Assembly: GCA_043822685.1 (NCBI GenBank)
Contig: JBDRBL010000021.1
Coordinates: 1 to 50,459 of the forward strand
Direction of reading: 5' to 3'
Origin: Candidatus Shapirobacteria bacterium
GTDB taxonomy: Bacteria; Patescibacteriota; Microgenomatia; PFEM01; JBDRBL01
Length of the DNA stretch: 50,459 nucleotides
Shown: piece by piece, positions 1 through 8,041 of the stretch
Position numbering within the stretch: the stretch's first letter is position 1
Layout of the letters: every line of letters begins with the position of its first letter
Position numbers and translations under genes: made by a program
Notes under the pieces: model-generated
The model's input: only the letters and a program-made list of their open reading frames with translations
Told to the model about the DNA's origin: nothing
Databases searched by the model: none

Positions 1-822
1 CCATTCGGAAAACGATGGATCAAGCAGTGAAAATATCGCGAGAGCAATTGCGCTAAACAGTACTATCGGGGAATAGATTTTGCCAAACTTTTCAATAAAC
101 TGCTGGGCTTTGCCTTTCTTTTCTTGGGCTTCCTCAACCAAATGCACAATTTTAGAAAGCGTATTATTGGCAAAAGTTGCCGTGGCCTGTATTTCCAGCA
201 CGCCTTCTTGATTAATGGTGGCGGCAAATACCTGCATACTCTCCTTTTTCTCCACAGGAATCGACTCTCCGGTAACCGGTGCTTCGTTAATGCTTGATTT
301 GCCTTTGATTATTATGCCGTCAGTCGCAATTGATTCTCCGGGTCGTACCAGAAATACATCACCAACTTTAAGATCGCTTGCGGGAATCATTGTCTGTTTT
401 CCATCGCGCAAAATTCTAGCTTCCTTTGGAGCAAGATCGAGAAGCTTGCGAATCGATGCTCGTGTCCTTGCATACGCATATTCCTCCAACCCTTCGGCGA
501 CACCGTAAATAAATACCAAAAATGCTGCTTCATCCCACATGCCGAGAATGGCCGAACCAATCGTTGCTCCAAGCATGAGCAGTTCTATACCGACTTCTTT
601 GCACTCGATAAGCTCTTCGATACCTTCACGCGTCCAGTGATAACCGCCGATGACAATGGCAATGATGTAAATGGCGATTTCAAATCCGGACGGAATAATA
701 CCGAGATGTCCTAAACCAAAGGCGAGTATGGTAAGACCACCCGCGATAAGGGCATTACGCATGGGGGGATGAGCATATAATTTGCCCTCAAATCCATCAC
801 GATCTTTATCTTTATGAGACAT
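1..822 (-). CDS. Heavy-metal translocating P-type (P1B) ATPase, N-terminal part; 3' end lies beyond the window start
   Basis: Absent from the ORF track because it runs off the edge. Reverse translation from the ATG at 820-822 gives MSHKDKDRDGFEGKLYAHPPMRNALIAGGLTILAFG...RPGESIATDGIIIKGKSSINEAPVTGESIPVEKK...IVHLVEEAQEKKGKAQQFIEKF. These are TM helices plus actuator-domain motifs typical of Cd/Zn/Pb-type P1B pumps. No N-terminal CxxC metal-binding domain is visible. Confidence 0.85.
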   Translation of the reverse strand, partial: MSHKDKDRDGFEGKLYAHPPMRNALIAGGLTILAFGLGHLGIIPSGFEIAIYIIAIVIGGYHWTREGIEELIECKEVGIELLMLGATIGSAILGMWDEAAFLVFIYGVAEGLEEYAYARTRASIRKLLDLAPKEARILRDGKQTMIPASDLKVGDVFLVRPGESIATDGIIIKGKSSINEAPVTGESIPVEKKESMQVFAATINQEGVLEIQATATFANNTLSKIVHLVEEAQEKKGKAQQFIEKFGKIYSPIVLFSAIALAIFSLLDPSFSEW

Positions 823-833
823 AGTTTAATATG

Positions 834-1766
834 TTAAAATATTATAAATTTATTAAGTATACTTTTGTACACTCTGTAAGGTTTAGGCCCGACAAATGCT
901 TTACCGTTAATAAATACGGTCGGCGTGCCATAAAAGTGCGTTTTTCTTAATTCACTAACCTGATTGCTAACCACTTCTTTTGTTTTTGGGTCTTCAATAC
1001 AATCATTAATTTTTTTAACATCAAAATTAAAGTTCTGCAGTATTGTTCCTATATATTCGGGTTGGTAAATTTTCACTTTATCAACCGTGAATAAATAGTC
1101 ATTGAACGCCCAAAATTTCTCGCCATATTCTTTATATACACAATAACCAACCTCTGATAAATAATTAGTATTTTCCTTGGCTGGATAGTGAGCAAAGATA
1201 TAATTAGTTTTTTTCTCTCTGATTAATTTTTGAATATCCGGATAAGCTTTTCTGGTATAATCGCATTCGTAACAGCCGATTAGCACTACTGTATCCTTTG
1301 AGCCGATATTCTTCGTTGGAAAAGATGATAAATCAACATTATCCAGTGAAACAATTTTTTCGGATTTTTCTTCTGTTCCGCACTGAGCATTTATTTCCGT
1401 AACCTTATTGTTTTCTCCTTTAGGATCAAAGGCGCAAAAACCCGATTGGTTTAAGCCATTACAACTGCCATATAAATAATAATTATATCCGCCCTTAACT
1501 ACCCAGAAAGTGCTGACAACCATCAAGACAAGAAATACCCATGAAAAAATCTCGAAGTACCGATTGAAAATACGAGCCAGAAAGACGGACCTGTTTAAAA
1601 GTTTAGCGATTATACTGCTTTTTATTTTTTCGTTAAATCCCGTGTTACACGGCCTTAGCGTTACCCTCCTGAATACGCAATCCAACGCTTCCTTAGCCAA
1701 TGCCCGATGAGTAGCGCTAAAAATACCCAGTATGGAAAACACTATCAATGCTATAATACAAATCAT
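834..1766 (-). CDS. Membrane-anchored thioredoxin-fold (DsbA-like) thiol:disulfide oxidoreductase
   Basis: 310-aa ORF with two N-terminal hydrophobic segments. It has a CYEC (CxxC) motif and a DsbA-like C-terminal signature (FYGTPTVFINGKAF). An 11-nt gap separates it from the ATPase gene. Confidence 0.7.
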   Translation of the reverse strand: MICIIALIVFSILGIFSATHRALAKEALDCVFRRVTLRPCNTGFNEKIKSSIIAKLLNRSVFLARIFNRYFEIFSWVFLVLMVVSTFWVVKGGYNYYLYGSCNGLNQSGFCAFDPKGENNKVTEINAQCGTEEKSEKIVSLDNVDLSSFPTKNIGSKDTVVLIGCYECDYTRKAYPDIQKLIREKKTNYIFAHYPAKENTNYLSEVGYCVYKEYGEKFWAFNDYLFTVDKVKIYQPEYIGTILQNFNFDVKKINDCIEDPKTKEVVSNQVSELRKTHFYGTPTVFINGKAFVGPKPYRVYKSILNKFIIF

Positions 1767-1773
1767 AATTTTA

Positions 1774-2982
1774 TTATATAATCTTCATTATTTTATTTAA
1801 ATCGCTGATAAATATTTCAGCCTCTTCCATTATATTGTAGAAATACAAGGACACTCGGGCGGAATTTTTAATTTTTTTGTCATTAAACCAAGAATGGACG
1901 CAATGCTGTCCTGACCTAATCATTACATTAGACATTTCATCAAGCATTAAGGCAATCTGATGCATATCCATGCCTTCAATGTAAAAAGAAATTATGCCCG
2001 ATCTTAATGCTGGGTCATTAGGGCCGATGATTTTAATTTTTGGTAATTTGTTTATTTCTTCCGTTATATAGCGGTTGAGTTTCAGCTCTTGCTCTTTTAT
2101 ATTTTCAAACCCTACAGCTTCGAGATATTTAACCGCCTCGCCGAGTCCGATAATGCCGGCGTAATCCTGCAATCCGGCCTCAAATTTTTCCGGAGCCTTA
2201 AGTATTTTATGGCTTTCATAAGTAGAATATTCGACTGTATCTCCGCCGACCATAAACGGTTCTAATTTTTCGAGCAAGTCATACTTAGCATAAAAAACAC
2301 CAGTTCCAGTCGGTCCAAGCATCTTATGTCCGGAGAAGGCGAGAAAATCAACATCTAAGTCTTTTACATCAATTTTTTTATGCGGAGCGCTTTGCGCCGC
2401 ATCTAAAAGTACTAATGCGCCATTATCGTGAGCGATTTTTATAATTTCCTTGGCCGGAATTGTCGTGCCGTCTAAATTTGAAGTGTGAACCATTGATACT
2501 AATTTTGCCCCTTTTACAAGCTCTTTGTATTCTTCAAGGTTGAATGTTCCGTTATCGCTTGATCTGACAATCTCATGACGAATCCCTTTCTTTTTAATCA
2601 ATATCTGCCACGGAATCAAATTGGAATTGTGTTCCTTGTCGGTAGTTAAAATCAGGTCTCCACTTTTTAGGTCTAATGAGTTTACTAATAAATTTATTCC
2701 TTCTGTGGTATTTCTGGTAAAAACAATTTCCTGTTCATCGGCATTAATAAAATTCGCCACGATTTGCCTGGCCTCTTTTATTTTTTTTGTGACCAATTCT
2801 CCTAATTTATGAGAGCTCCTGCCAGAGCAAGCCGGAAAATCAAAATAATATTCATTCATTGCTTCAACAACCTGTCTTGGCTTTAAGCTCATGCAAGCGC
2901 TGTCAAAATAAATGATAGGTTTTCCTTTCGTCTGTTTATTAAGCAATGGGAAATCATTTTTAATTTTTTCGTAATTTAACAT
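1774..2982 (-). CDS. sufS: Cysteine desulfurase (class V aminotransferase, SufS/Csd-like)
   Basis: 402-aa ORF. The PLP-lysine context FSGHKMLGPTGTGVFY and the catalytic-Cys loop RSGQHCVH are typical of SufS-type desulfurases. Confidence 0.85.
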   Translation of the reverse strand: MLNYEKIKNDFPLLNKQTKGKPIIYFDSACMSLKPRQVVEAMNEYYFDFPACSGRSSHKLGELVTKKIKEARQIVANFINADEQEIVFTRNTTEGINLLVNSLDLKSGDLILTTDKEHNSNLIPWQILIKKKGIRHEIVRSSDNGTFNLEEYKELVKGAKLVSMVHTSNLDGTTIPAKEIIKIAHDNGALVLLDAAQSAPHKKIDVKDLDVDFLAFSGHKMLGPTGTGVFYAKYDLLEKLEPFMVGGDTVEYSTYESHKILKAPEKFEAGLQDYAGIIGLGEAVKYLEAVGFENIKEQELKLNRYITEEINKLPKIKIIGPNDPALRSGIISFYIEGMDMHQIALMLDEMSNVMIRSGQHCVHSWFNDKKIKNSARVSLYFYNIMEEAEIFISDLNKIMKII

Positions 2983-2985
2983 AGT

Positions 2986-3300
2986 TTAATAGCGAGTACA
3001 TTTATAAATTTCTTTTGAATGTTTCTTTAAGATTTTCTGCGCTTGGCGGATAATGTCGGAAACCTCTTTCTCTGAAAGTTCATAAAAAACTTTACGACCA
3101 TTTTTTTCCTTGTGGACAAGTCCACAATCTAAAAGACAGGCTAAATGAGTTGAGGCATTAGGCTGGGAAAGTTTAGTGGTCTTAACAATTTCTGAAACAG
3201 TTTTTGGGCCATCCAAAATCACTTCCAAAATGGCAAGCCGGGACTGGTCGGAAAATCCCTTAAATAATTTTGCTTCCAATTGTAATTGTCTTTTAGCCAT
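2986..3300 (-). CDS. ArsR/SmtB-family metal-responsive transcriptional regulator
   Basis: 104-aa ORF with a winged-HTH signature (FSDQSRLAILEVILDGPKTVSEIVKTTKLSQPNASTHLACLLDCGLV). It is the first gene of the four-gene minus-strand operon. Confidence 0.85.
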   Translation of the reverse strand: MAKRQLQLEAKLFKGFSDQSRLAILEVILDGPKTVSEIVKTTKLSQPNASTHLACLLDCGLVHKEKNGRKVFYELSEKEVSDIIRQAQKILKKHSKEIYKCTRY

Positions 3301-3390
3301 GATAATATAAGTATATCATTATTTATTTATATAATAATCAAAATAAAATGCTCTGTCAAGAAAATTCTTTCCTTTGCAGAGAATTTGAGC

Positions 3391-3396
3391 TATAAT
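3391..3396 (+). promoter_or_regulatory. -10-like TATAAT located 7 nt upstream of the ATG at 3404 (leaderless-type geometry)
   Basis: The sequence reads gagcTATAATtaaatttATG. No Shine-Dalgarno can fit between the -10 and the start. Confidence 0.4.
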
Positions 3397-3403
3397 TAAA
3401 TTT

Positions 3404-3679
3404 ATGGACAACATATCATCTTCAATTCTTTTCGGAATTTTAGGCGGACTTGTCCGCGCCTTGGTTGGTATTGCTAAGTATTTTGAAAAAAACAAGCAGA
3501 ATCAGAAAATCCGTTTTGGGTATCTCACCTTTTCTCTTTTTGTCGCGGCAGTGGTTGGTGGTGTTTCCGGAGCATTAGCAAATGGAGATTGGCGTTTGGC
3601 AGTCATCGTTGGCTACGCCGGTACTGACTTTTTAGAAGGGTTGTATAAAATAAGGCAGAAGCAGGGATTTGAAATCTAA
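3404..3679 (+). CDS. Small hypothetical membrane protein (91 aa)
   Basis: ORF with two Gly/Ala-rich hydrophobic segments, divergent from the arsR-like gene. No recognisable family. Confidence 0.5.
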   Translation: MDNISSSILFGILGGLVRALVGIAKYFEKNKQNQKIRFGYLTFSLFVAAVVGGVSGALANGDWRLAVIVGYAGTDFLEGLYKIRQKQGFEI

Positions 3680-3726
3680 TTCCTCTTTCGGCCCCGCCGC
3701 CCGAAAAAATCGCTGGGGGTTTCCAA

Positions 3727-3994
3727 CAGGCGGACAAAAAGGAAGGGGGTTTGGGGGAAGGAATTTTTGCCCGCCTGCGTCCCGCGAAGCGGGACTGGAG
3801 CGGTCAGCGGCTCATCTTTGCGTCAGCAAAGAAGCAAAGCCCGCAAAAATTAATTCCTTTTAGAAGAATTTTTTGCGCGCGATCATTAAAAGAATTGAGA
3901 ATTTTTGCGGGCTTTGTCCGCCGTCAGGCGGCGAGCCGCTGGGCGGGATTTGTGCCCGTCAGGGCGCGAATTTCAGCTCGAAAAAAGTTCGAGC
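3727..3994. repeat. Cluster of at least seven GC-rich stem-loops (REP/BIME-like or unknown structured element)
   Basis: Hairpins read directly from the sequence. A: 3727-3740/3764-3777, 14 bp with 1 mismatch. B: 3779-3795, GTCCCGC-GAA-GCGGGAC. C: 3816-3831, CTTTGC-GTCA-GCAAAG. D: 3835-3851/3900-3916, 17-bp perfect arms. E: 3918-3931, CCGCC-GTCA-GGCGG. F: 3954-3965, GCCC-GTCA-GGGC. G: 3976-3994, GCTCGAA-AAAAG-TTCGAGC. Confidence 0.6.
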
Positions 3995-4019
3995 CTCGTT
4001 CAGCAATTGCGACCAACTC

Positions 4020-4216
4020 TTCATCCTCTTCCCAATTTTGAGAATTATCGTGGGAAACCCTGGCTTGTTTCTCTTCCTGGTGTAGGGGCGTGATTTATCA
4101 CGCCCATCTTGCGTAATTGTCCGCTGGTGTTTTCCGAACGGGCGCAATGAATTGCGCCCCTACATTCGGATAATAAAATCAGAATTCCATGAAAATGATT
4201 GGGCATAATCACAAAA
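4020..4216 (-). pseudogene. Decayed RAYT/IS200-like Y1 (HUH) transposase remnant
   Basis: The minus strand reads ..SFVIMPNHFHGILILLSE-CRGAIHCARSENTSGQLRKMGVINHAPT... In another frame it then reads ..EEKQARVSHDNSQNWEEDEE. This matches the HUH strand and the C-terminus (YIHDNPQNWEEDEE) of the intact copy at 47569-48144. The N-terminus and about 60 central codons are missing. Confidence 0.75.
4082..4163. repeat. 82-nt GTAG-hairpin doublet (REPIN-like) inside the RAYT remnant
   Basis: Outer arms GTAGGGGCG (4082-4090) and CGCCCCTAC (4155-4163) are complementary. The two local hairpins are GGGCGTGAT-TT-ATCACGCCC (4086-4105) and GGGCGCAAT-GA-ATTGCGCCC (4140-4159). Confidence 0.8.
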
Positions 4217-4630
4217 CTATCGTTTTGGTGATTGTTTGGCGCGCCTCGCCTTGCCGCCAGTGCCGGCTTTACGCCGCTCGCGTGTCCGCGGATCACGAGT
4301 TAACAGACCAGCTTTTTTAAGCAAAGTGTGAAAAGCTGGATTGCCTTTATCCAAAGCCCTCGCCAAACCATGCACTACCGCCCCCAACTGACCAACTTTT
4401 CCCGAACCAACCACTTTAATCGTGGCATAATATTTTCCCCAAGTATCGGTCAAACGAAAAGGCCGTTCATAAACCGCCTGCTCCACCAAACTGGGAAAAT
4501 ATTCCGCGATTGGCTTATCGTTGACCAAAATCGCCCCTTTGGCTAAAAATAATCTTACCCGAGCACTCGCCTCCCGGCGCCGGCCCACCGCCGCAAAATA
4601 CTTTTTGTTTTTACTTGAACTTGTCGCCAT
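4217..4630 (-). CDS. rpsI: 30S ribosomal protein S9
   Basis: Contains AAVGRRREASARVRL and ends with the S9-typical ...SPKR. The ATG at 4630 is preferred because GAGAGG lies 7 nt upstream; the ORF-track start is 4645. Confidence 0.93.
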   Translation of the reverse strand: MATSSSKNKKYFAAVGRRREASARVRLFLAKGAILVNDKPIAEYFPSLVEQAVYERPFRLTDTWGKYYATIKVVGSGKVGQLGAVVHGLARALDKGNPAFHTLLKKAGLLTRDPRTRERRKAGTGGKARRAKQSPKR

Positions 4631-5027
4631 AGGGATGCCTCTCATCTTTAAACACTTTCAATCTCGCCAGTCGTCGATCACGCAGTTTATTTTTAGGCAG
4701 CATGCCCGCGACGGCTTTTTTAATTACCAGTTCCGGCTTTTTAAGCAACTGCTCTTTTAAAGTTGTTTTTTTCAATCCTCCCGGATAACCCGAATAACGA
4801 GTATAAACCTTCTGCTCCAACTTATTTCCCGTATATTTTAAGTGCGCCGCATTGACAACGACCACATAATCGCCGCAATCGAGAGCCGGGGTGTAATAGA
4901 CTTTATTTTTCCCCTGCAGCCAACCGGCAATTCCTGCCGCCAACCGGCCAAAACTTTCACTTTTGGCGTCAACCAAATGCCACCCTCTCTTGATTTCACT
5001 TTTTTTTGGCGTCTGTGTCTTTTGCAT
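4611..5027 (-). CDS. rplM: 50S ribosomal protein L13
   Basis: 138-aa ORF with RGWHLVDAKSESFGRLAAGIA and YTRYSGYPGGLK, which are L13 signatures. Confidence 0.95.
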   Translation of the reverse strand: MQKTQTPKKSEIKRGWHLVDAKSESFGRLAAGIAGWLQGKNKVYYTPALDCGDYVVVVNAAHLKYTGNKLEQKVYTRYSGYPGGLKKTTLKEQLLKKPELVIKKAVAGMLPKNKLRDRRLARLKVFKDERHPYGDKFK

Positions 5028-5397
5028 CTTTTTCCGTCGGGGGCGGCGCGGTAAATTCTAATCTTGCCTTCATCGCATCATCTCCCCGACGCCTGCCTAA
5101 ACGAATTATCCGGGTAAAACCGCCGGCCCGACTCTTAAATAACGGCCCCCAAACCTTGACCGCCTTTTCTATCGCCAGCCTGTTTTGTAAAAAAGCCGCC
5201 ACCAATCTTTGCGAGTGCAGACTCCCCACTCTCGCTTTGGTAATCAATTTTTCCGCCAGTCGTTGAACCGCTTTCGCCCGCATTTCAGTTGTCTCAAGCC
5301 GGCCATTAATAAACAGCGAACTTATCAACCCCCGAAACAGAGCCTTCCTCTGATGTGTATTTCGATTTAATTTTTTCCCCGCCATTCGATGTCTCAT
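4996..5397 (-). CDS. rplQ: 50S ribosomal protein L17
   Basis: 133-aa ORF: MRHRMAGKKLNRNTHQRKALFRGL...GGFTRIIRLGRRRGD. Confidence 0.95.
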   Translation of the reverse strand: MRHRMAGKKLNRNTHQRKALFRGLISSLFINGRLETTEMRAKAVQRLAEKLITKARVGSLHSQRLVAAFLQNRLAIEKAVKVWGPLFKSRAGGFTRIIRLGRRRGDDAMKARLEFTAPPPTEKDAKDTDAKKK

Positions 5398-6314
5398 GCT
5401 TCCTCTTTAAAAACCAAGCCTCGCTTTTTTAACATGTCGGCAACTATCTCAAGCGATTTTTCCCCTAAATTCTTCACCTTTATCAAATCCGCTTTTGGGG
5501 CCATGACTACATCCGCTACTGTCGCAAAACCGCTTTTTCTCAAAGCGTTGGCAATTCTAATCGGCAAATCAAGTTCTTCTACGGTCAATTTAAGCGCCGG
5601 ATCGTCACTTTTTTGCCCCGTCTTTTCTTCCTCCACCACCACTTTAGGGTCAGATATCTGTTTAAAAAACTTAATCAAAACATCCGCCGCTTCTTTAACG
5701 GCTGCTTCCGGCTCGATCGTTCCATCGGTAGTTATCTCCATTATCAAACGATCAAGATCCGTTCGCCGTCCCACCCGTGTTGCTTCCACTCGATAATTTA
5801 CCCGTCGAATGGGACTAAAAACGCTATCCAGGGGAATCACTCCCACCTCATCGCTTTTTCTCTCTTCCGCCAAAGAATAACCCACTCCCGACTCCACCAC
5901 CATCTCCAACCTCAAACGCTCCTCTTTTCTCGCCAAATTAGCCAGCACCAGCTCCGGATTGATAATCGCCACTCCAGCCGCTTTTTCAATATCTTTTGCC
6001 GTTACCCTGCCCGGACCGCATTTATCCAGCACCAGTTTAACCGGCTTTTCCCCTTTATATTTAATCCGGAGCTGTTTTAAATTTAAAATCAGCTCAATGA
6101 CATCTTCCTTCATCCCGGATAGCACTGAAAACCGATGCTTAACCCCCCCGATCTTCACTTGCGTCACCGCCGCCCCTTTAATACTGGTCAGCAACACTCT
6201 CCTTAATGCATTTCCCACCGTGCAGCCAAAACCCTTCTCCAGCGGTTCAATCACAACTTCCACCTCATCACCTTTTCGTGATGTCATTTTCACCAAAAAA
6301 TTTGTTTCGATCAT
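5394..6314 (-). CDS. rpoA: DNA-directed RNA polymerase alpha subunit
   Basis: 306-aa ORF with the N-terminal dimerisation domain (GNALRRVLLTSI), a C-terminal domain (ELDLPIRIANALRKSGF), and the position after rpsD. Confidence 0.95.
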   Translation of the reverse strand: MIETNFLVKMTSRKGDEVEVVIEPLEKGFGCTVGNALRRVLLTSIKGAAVTQVKIGGVKHRFSVLSGMKEDVIELILNLKQLRIKYKGEKPVKLVLDKCGPGRVTAKDIEKAAGVAIINPELVLANLARKEERLRLEMVVESGVGYSLAEERKSDEVGVIPLDSVFSPIRRVNYRVEATRVGRRTDLDRLIMEITTDGTIEPEAAVKEAADVLIKFFKQISDPKVVVEEEKTGQKSDDPALKLTVEELDLPIRIANALRKSGFATVADVVMAPKADLIKVKNLGEKSLEIVADMLKKRGLVFKEEA

Positions 6315-6325
6315 CTGCCTCCTTG

Positions 6326-6946
6326 CTAACGAGAATAAAATTCCACAATTAAAGATTCATTGATCTCTTCGGCCACTTCTTCACGTTCCGGCAAACGGAC
6401 AACTTTGCCAACCGCGGCTTTGCGGGCCAGCCACCCGGGTATTTTCCGGTCTTTTTCTGCCAACGCTAGTTTTATCTCCTTCATCTTCAACCCTTCCATA
6501 TCCATCGTTACTAAATCTCCCCGCTTCACCTGATAAGACGGAATATTCGTTTTTTGATTATTAATCAAAATATGTTTGTGAGCAACCAACTGCCTTGCCA
6601 CGGAACGCGAGGGCGCTAGGCCCGAACGATAAACCATATTATCCAAGCGCGTTTCCAACAACCGCAACAAAGCCACCCCTGTTGCCCCTTTTTGTTTGGC
6701 TGCTTTGGCAAAATATCTTCTTAATTGTTTTTCCAACACCCCGTAAGTCCTCTTTACCTTCTGTTTTTCCCGCAGCTGCACCCCATAATCACTTCGCCGA
6801 CGCTGACCCCTTTGGCCGTGCTGACCCGGCGGCACCGCCCCTTTCCGTTCCAGCGGACACTTCGGCGTATAGCAGCGACCGGCCTTACGATAAAGCTTAG
6901 TTCCTTCCCGGCGGCACAAACGACACTTGGCTATTTCTCTTGCCAT
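6326..6946 (-). CDS. rpsD: 30S ribosomal protein S4 (Cys-rich, zinc-type N-terminus)
   Basis: 206-aa ORF. It has CRLCRREGTKLY...CYTPKCP and the S4 domain RLDNMVYRSGLAPSRSVARQLVAHKHILIN. Confidence 0.95.
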   Translation of the reverse strand: MAREIAKCRLCRREGTKLYRKAGRCYTPKCPLERKGAVPPGQHGQRGQRRRSDYGVQLREKQKVKRTYGVLEKQLRRYFAKAAKQKGATGVALLRLLETRLDNMVYRSGLAPSRSVARQLVAHKHILINNQKTNIPSYQVKRGDLVTMDMEGLKMKEIKLALAEKDRKIPGWLARKAAVGKVVRLPEREEVAEEINESLIVEFYSR

Positions 6947-7287
6947 TAAACCCTTCTCCTCTTCTTTGGCCTAGGCCCATTATGCGGCATTGGCGTCACG
7001 TCGGCAATCAAATTCATCCGCAAACCGGCCGCTCGCAGTGCCCGCAGGGCCGCATCTCTCCCTGGTCCCGGACCTTTAATATAAACCTCTACCTCTCTCA
7101 CTCCTTTAGCCAACACTTTCTTTGCCACCGATTCCACCGCCAGTGTCGCCGCGTACGGAGTTGATTTGCGCGCTCCCTTAAAACCCACTGTCCCCGTTGA
7201 GCCCCAAGCAATCACCTCACCCTTCTCGTTGGTAAAACTTACCAAAGTATTATTAAAGGTCGCGGTAATATAAACTTTTGCCTTCAT
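6946..7287 (-). CDS. rpsK: 30S ribosomal protein S11 (short N-terminus)
   Basis: 113-aa ORF: [39 protein letters not shown]. Confidence 0.95.
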   Translation of the reverse strand: MKAKVYITATFNNTLVSFTNEKGEVIAWGSTGTVGFKGARKSTPYAATLAVESVAKKVLAKGVREVEVYIKGPGPGRDAALRALRAAGLRMNLIADVTPMPHNGPRPKKRRRV

Positions 7288-7698
7288 TTATTTCTTCTTT
7301 TCCTCTTTCTTTGGCGTCATTTTTGCCGCATCTTCCTTCTTGAGAGCACCCACTGTTTTTCGCCGGCCTCTCTTTGTCCGGGCATTTGAACGCGTCCGCT
7401 GGCCTCTGGCCGGCAAACCATGAGTATGCCGCATGCCCCGATATGATCCAATCATTTTTAATCGCTTAATATCCTCCGCCACTTTCACCCGTAAACTTCC
7501 CTCAACCCGAACCGTATCAACCACTTTTTGAATTCTGTTGATCTCTATTGCCGTTAAACTTTTTACCCGCTTTTCTCCCCCTATCTTTGCCTGAAACAAG
7601 ATACTTTTAACGTTCTGCCGGCCAATCCCATAAAGCGCTGTTAAGGCAATGTCAATCCTTTTGTCGTTGTTCAAATCAATCCCGGCGATTCTCGCCAT
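7288..7698 (-). CDS. rpsM: 30S ribosomal protein S13
   Basis: 136-aa ORF: MARIAGIDLNNDKRIDIALTALYGIG...YRGMRHTHGLPARGQRTRSNART. Confidence 0.95.
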   Translation of the reverse strand: MARIAGIDLNNDKRIDIALTALYGIGRQNVKSILFQAKIGGEKRVKSLTAIEINRIQKVVDTVRVEGSLRVKVAEDIKRLKMIGSYRGMRHTHGLPARGQRTRSNARTKRGRRKTVGALKKEDAAKMTPKKEEKKK

Positions 7699-7700
7699 CT

Positions 7701-7814
7701 TTACCCCTGCCTTTGCTTGTGTTTCGGCGTTTTACAAATAACATAAACTTTCCGCCGCCGCCTCACAATTTGACACTTCTTACATCTTTTTTTGACACTG
7801 GCCTGCACTTTCAT
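7701..7814 (-). CDS. rpmJ: 50S ribosomal protein L36
   Basis: Below the ORF-track size cut-off. Hand translation gives [37 protein letters not shown] (37 aa), which has the CxxC...C..H zinc motif. It lies between infA and rpsM as expected. Confidence 0.9.
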   Translation of the reverse strand: MKVQASVKKRCKKCQIVRRRRKVYVICKTPKHKQRQG

Positions 7815-7816
7815 TT

Positions 7817-8041
7817 CTACCTTTCTCTAAAAACTATTCTCCCTTTTGTTTCGTCATAAGTTGACATTTCCAGCTTGACCCGATCACCCGGCATCACTCT
7901 GATGTGATACATTCTCATCTTGCCGGCTAAATGAGCCAAAATCATTCGACCATCCGCAAGCCGAACTCTAAACATTGTGTTGGGCAAAGCTTCCAAAACC
8001 TCGCCCTCCGTCTCGATAACACCTGCTTCTTTGGCCATCAA
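7817..8041 (-). CDS. infA: Translation initiation factor IF-1
   Basis: 74-aa ORF with an S1-like fold signature: [44 protein letters not shown]. Confidence 0.95.
   Translation of the reverse strand: MMAKEAGVIETEGEVLEALPNTMFRVRLADGRMILAHLAGKMRMYHIRVMPGDRVKLEMSTYDETKGRIVFRER

Noticed and set aside
1510-1710. Small antisense ORFs inside the AT-rich operon (1510-1710, 2621-2812)
   Set aside because: They lie opposite well-supported DsbA-like and SufS-like genes, and their composition is typical of antisense AT-rich DNA.
3680-4000. Possibility that the hairpin cluster is a known housekeeping ncRNA (SRP/4.5S, tmRNA, RNase P, 6S)
   Set aside because: I could not find the diagnostic motifs by eye. 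These would be the SRP domain IV GGAA/AGCA loops, the RNase P GAGGAAAGUCC motif, or a tmRNA tag ORF and tRNA-like end. The call stays 'unknown' until a covariance-model scan is run.
3669-4093. Five overlapping plus-strand ORFs of 62-96 aa (3669-3863, 3751-4041, 3873-4085, 3905-4093 and others)
   Set aside because: They overlap one another in all three frames and are Arg/Ala/Gly-rich low-complexity translations of the GC-rich hairpin cluster. They also lack start-site signals and partly lie antisense to the RAYT remnant. I treat them as artefacts of composition.
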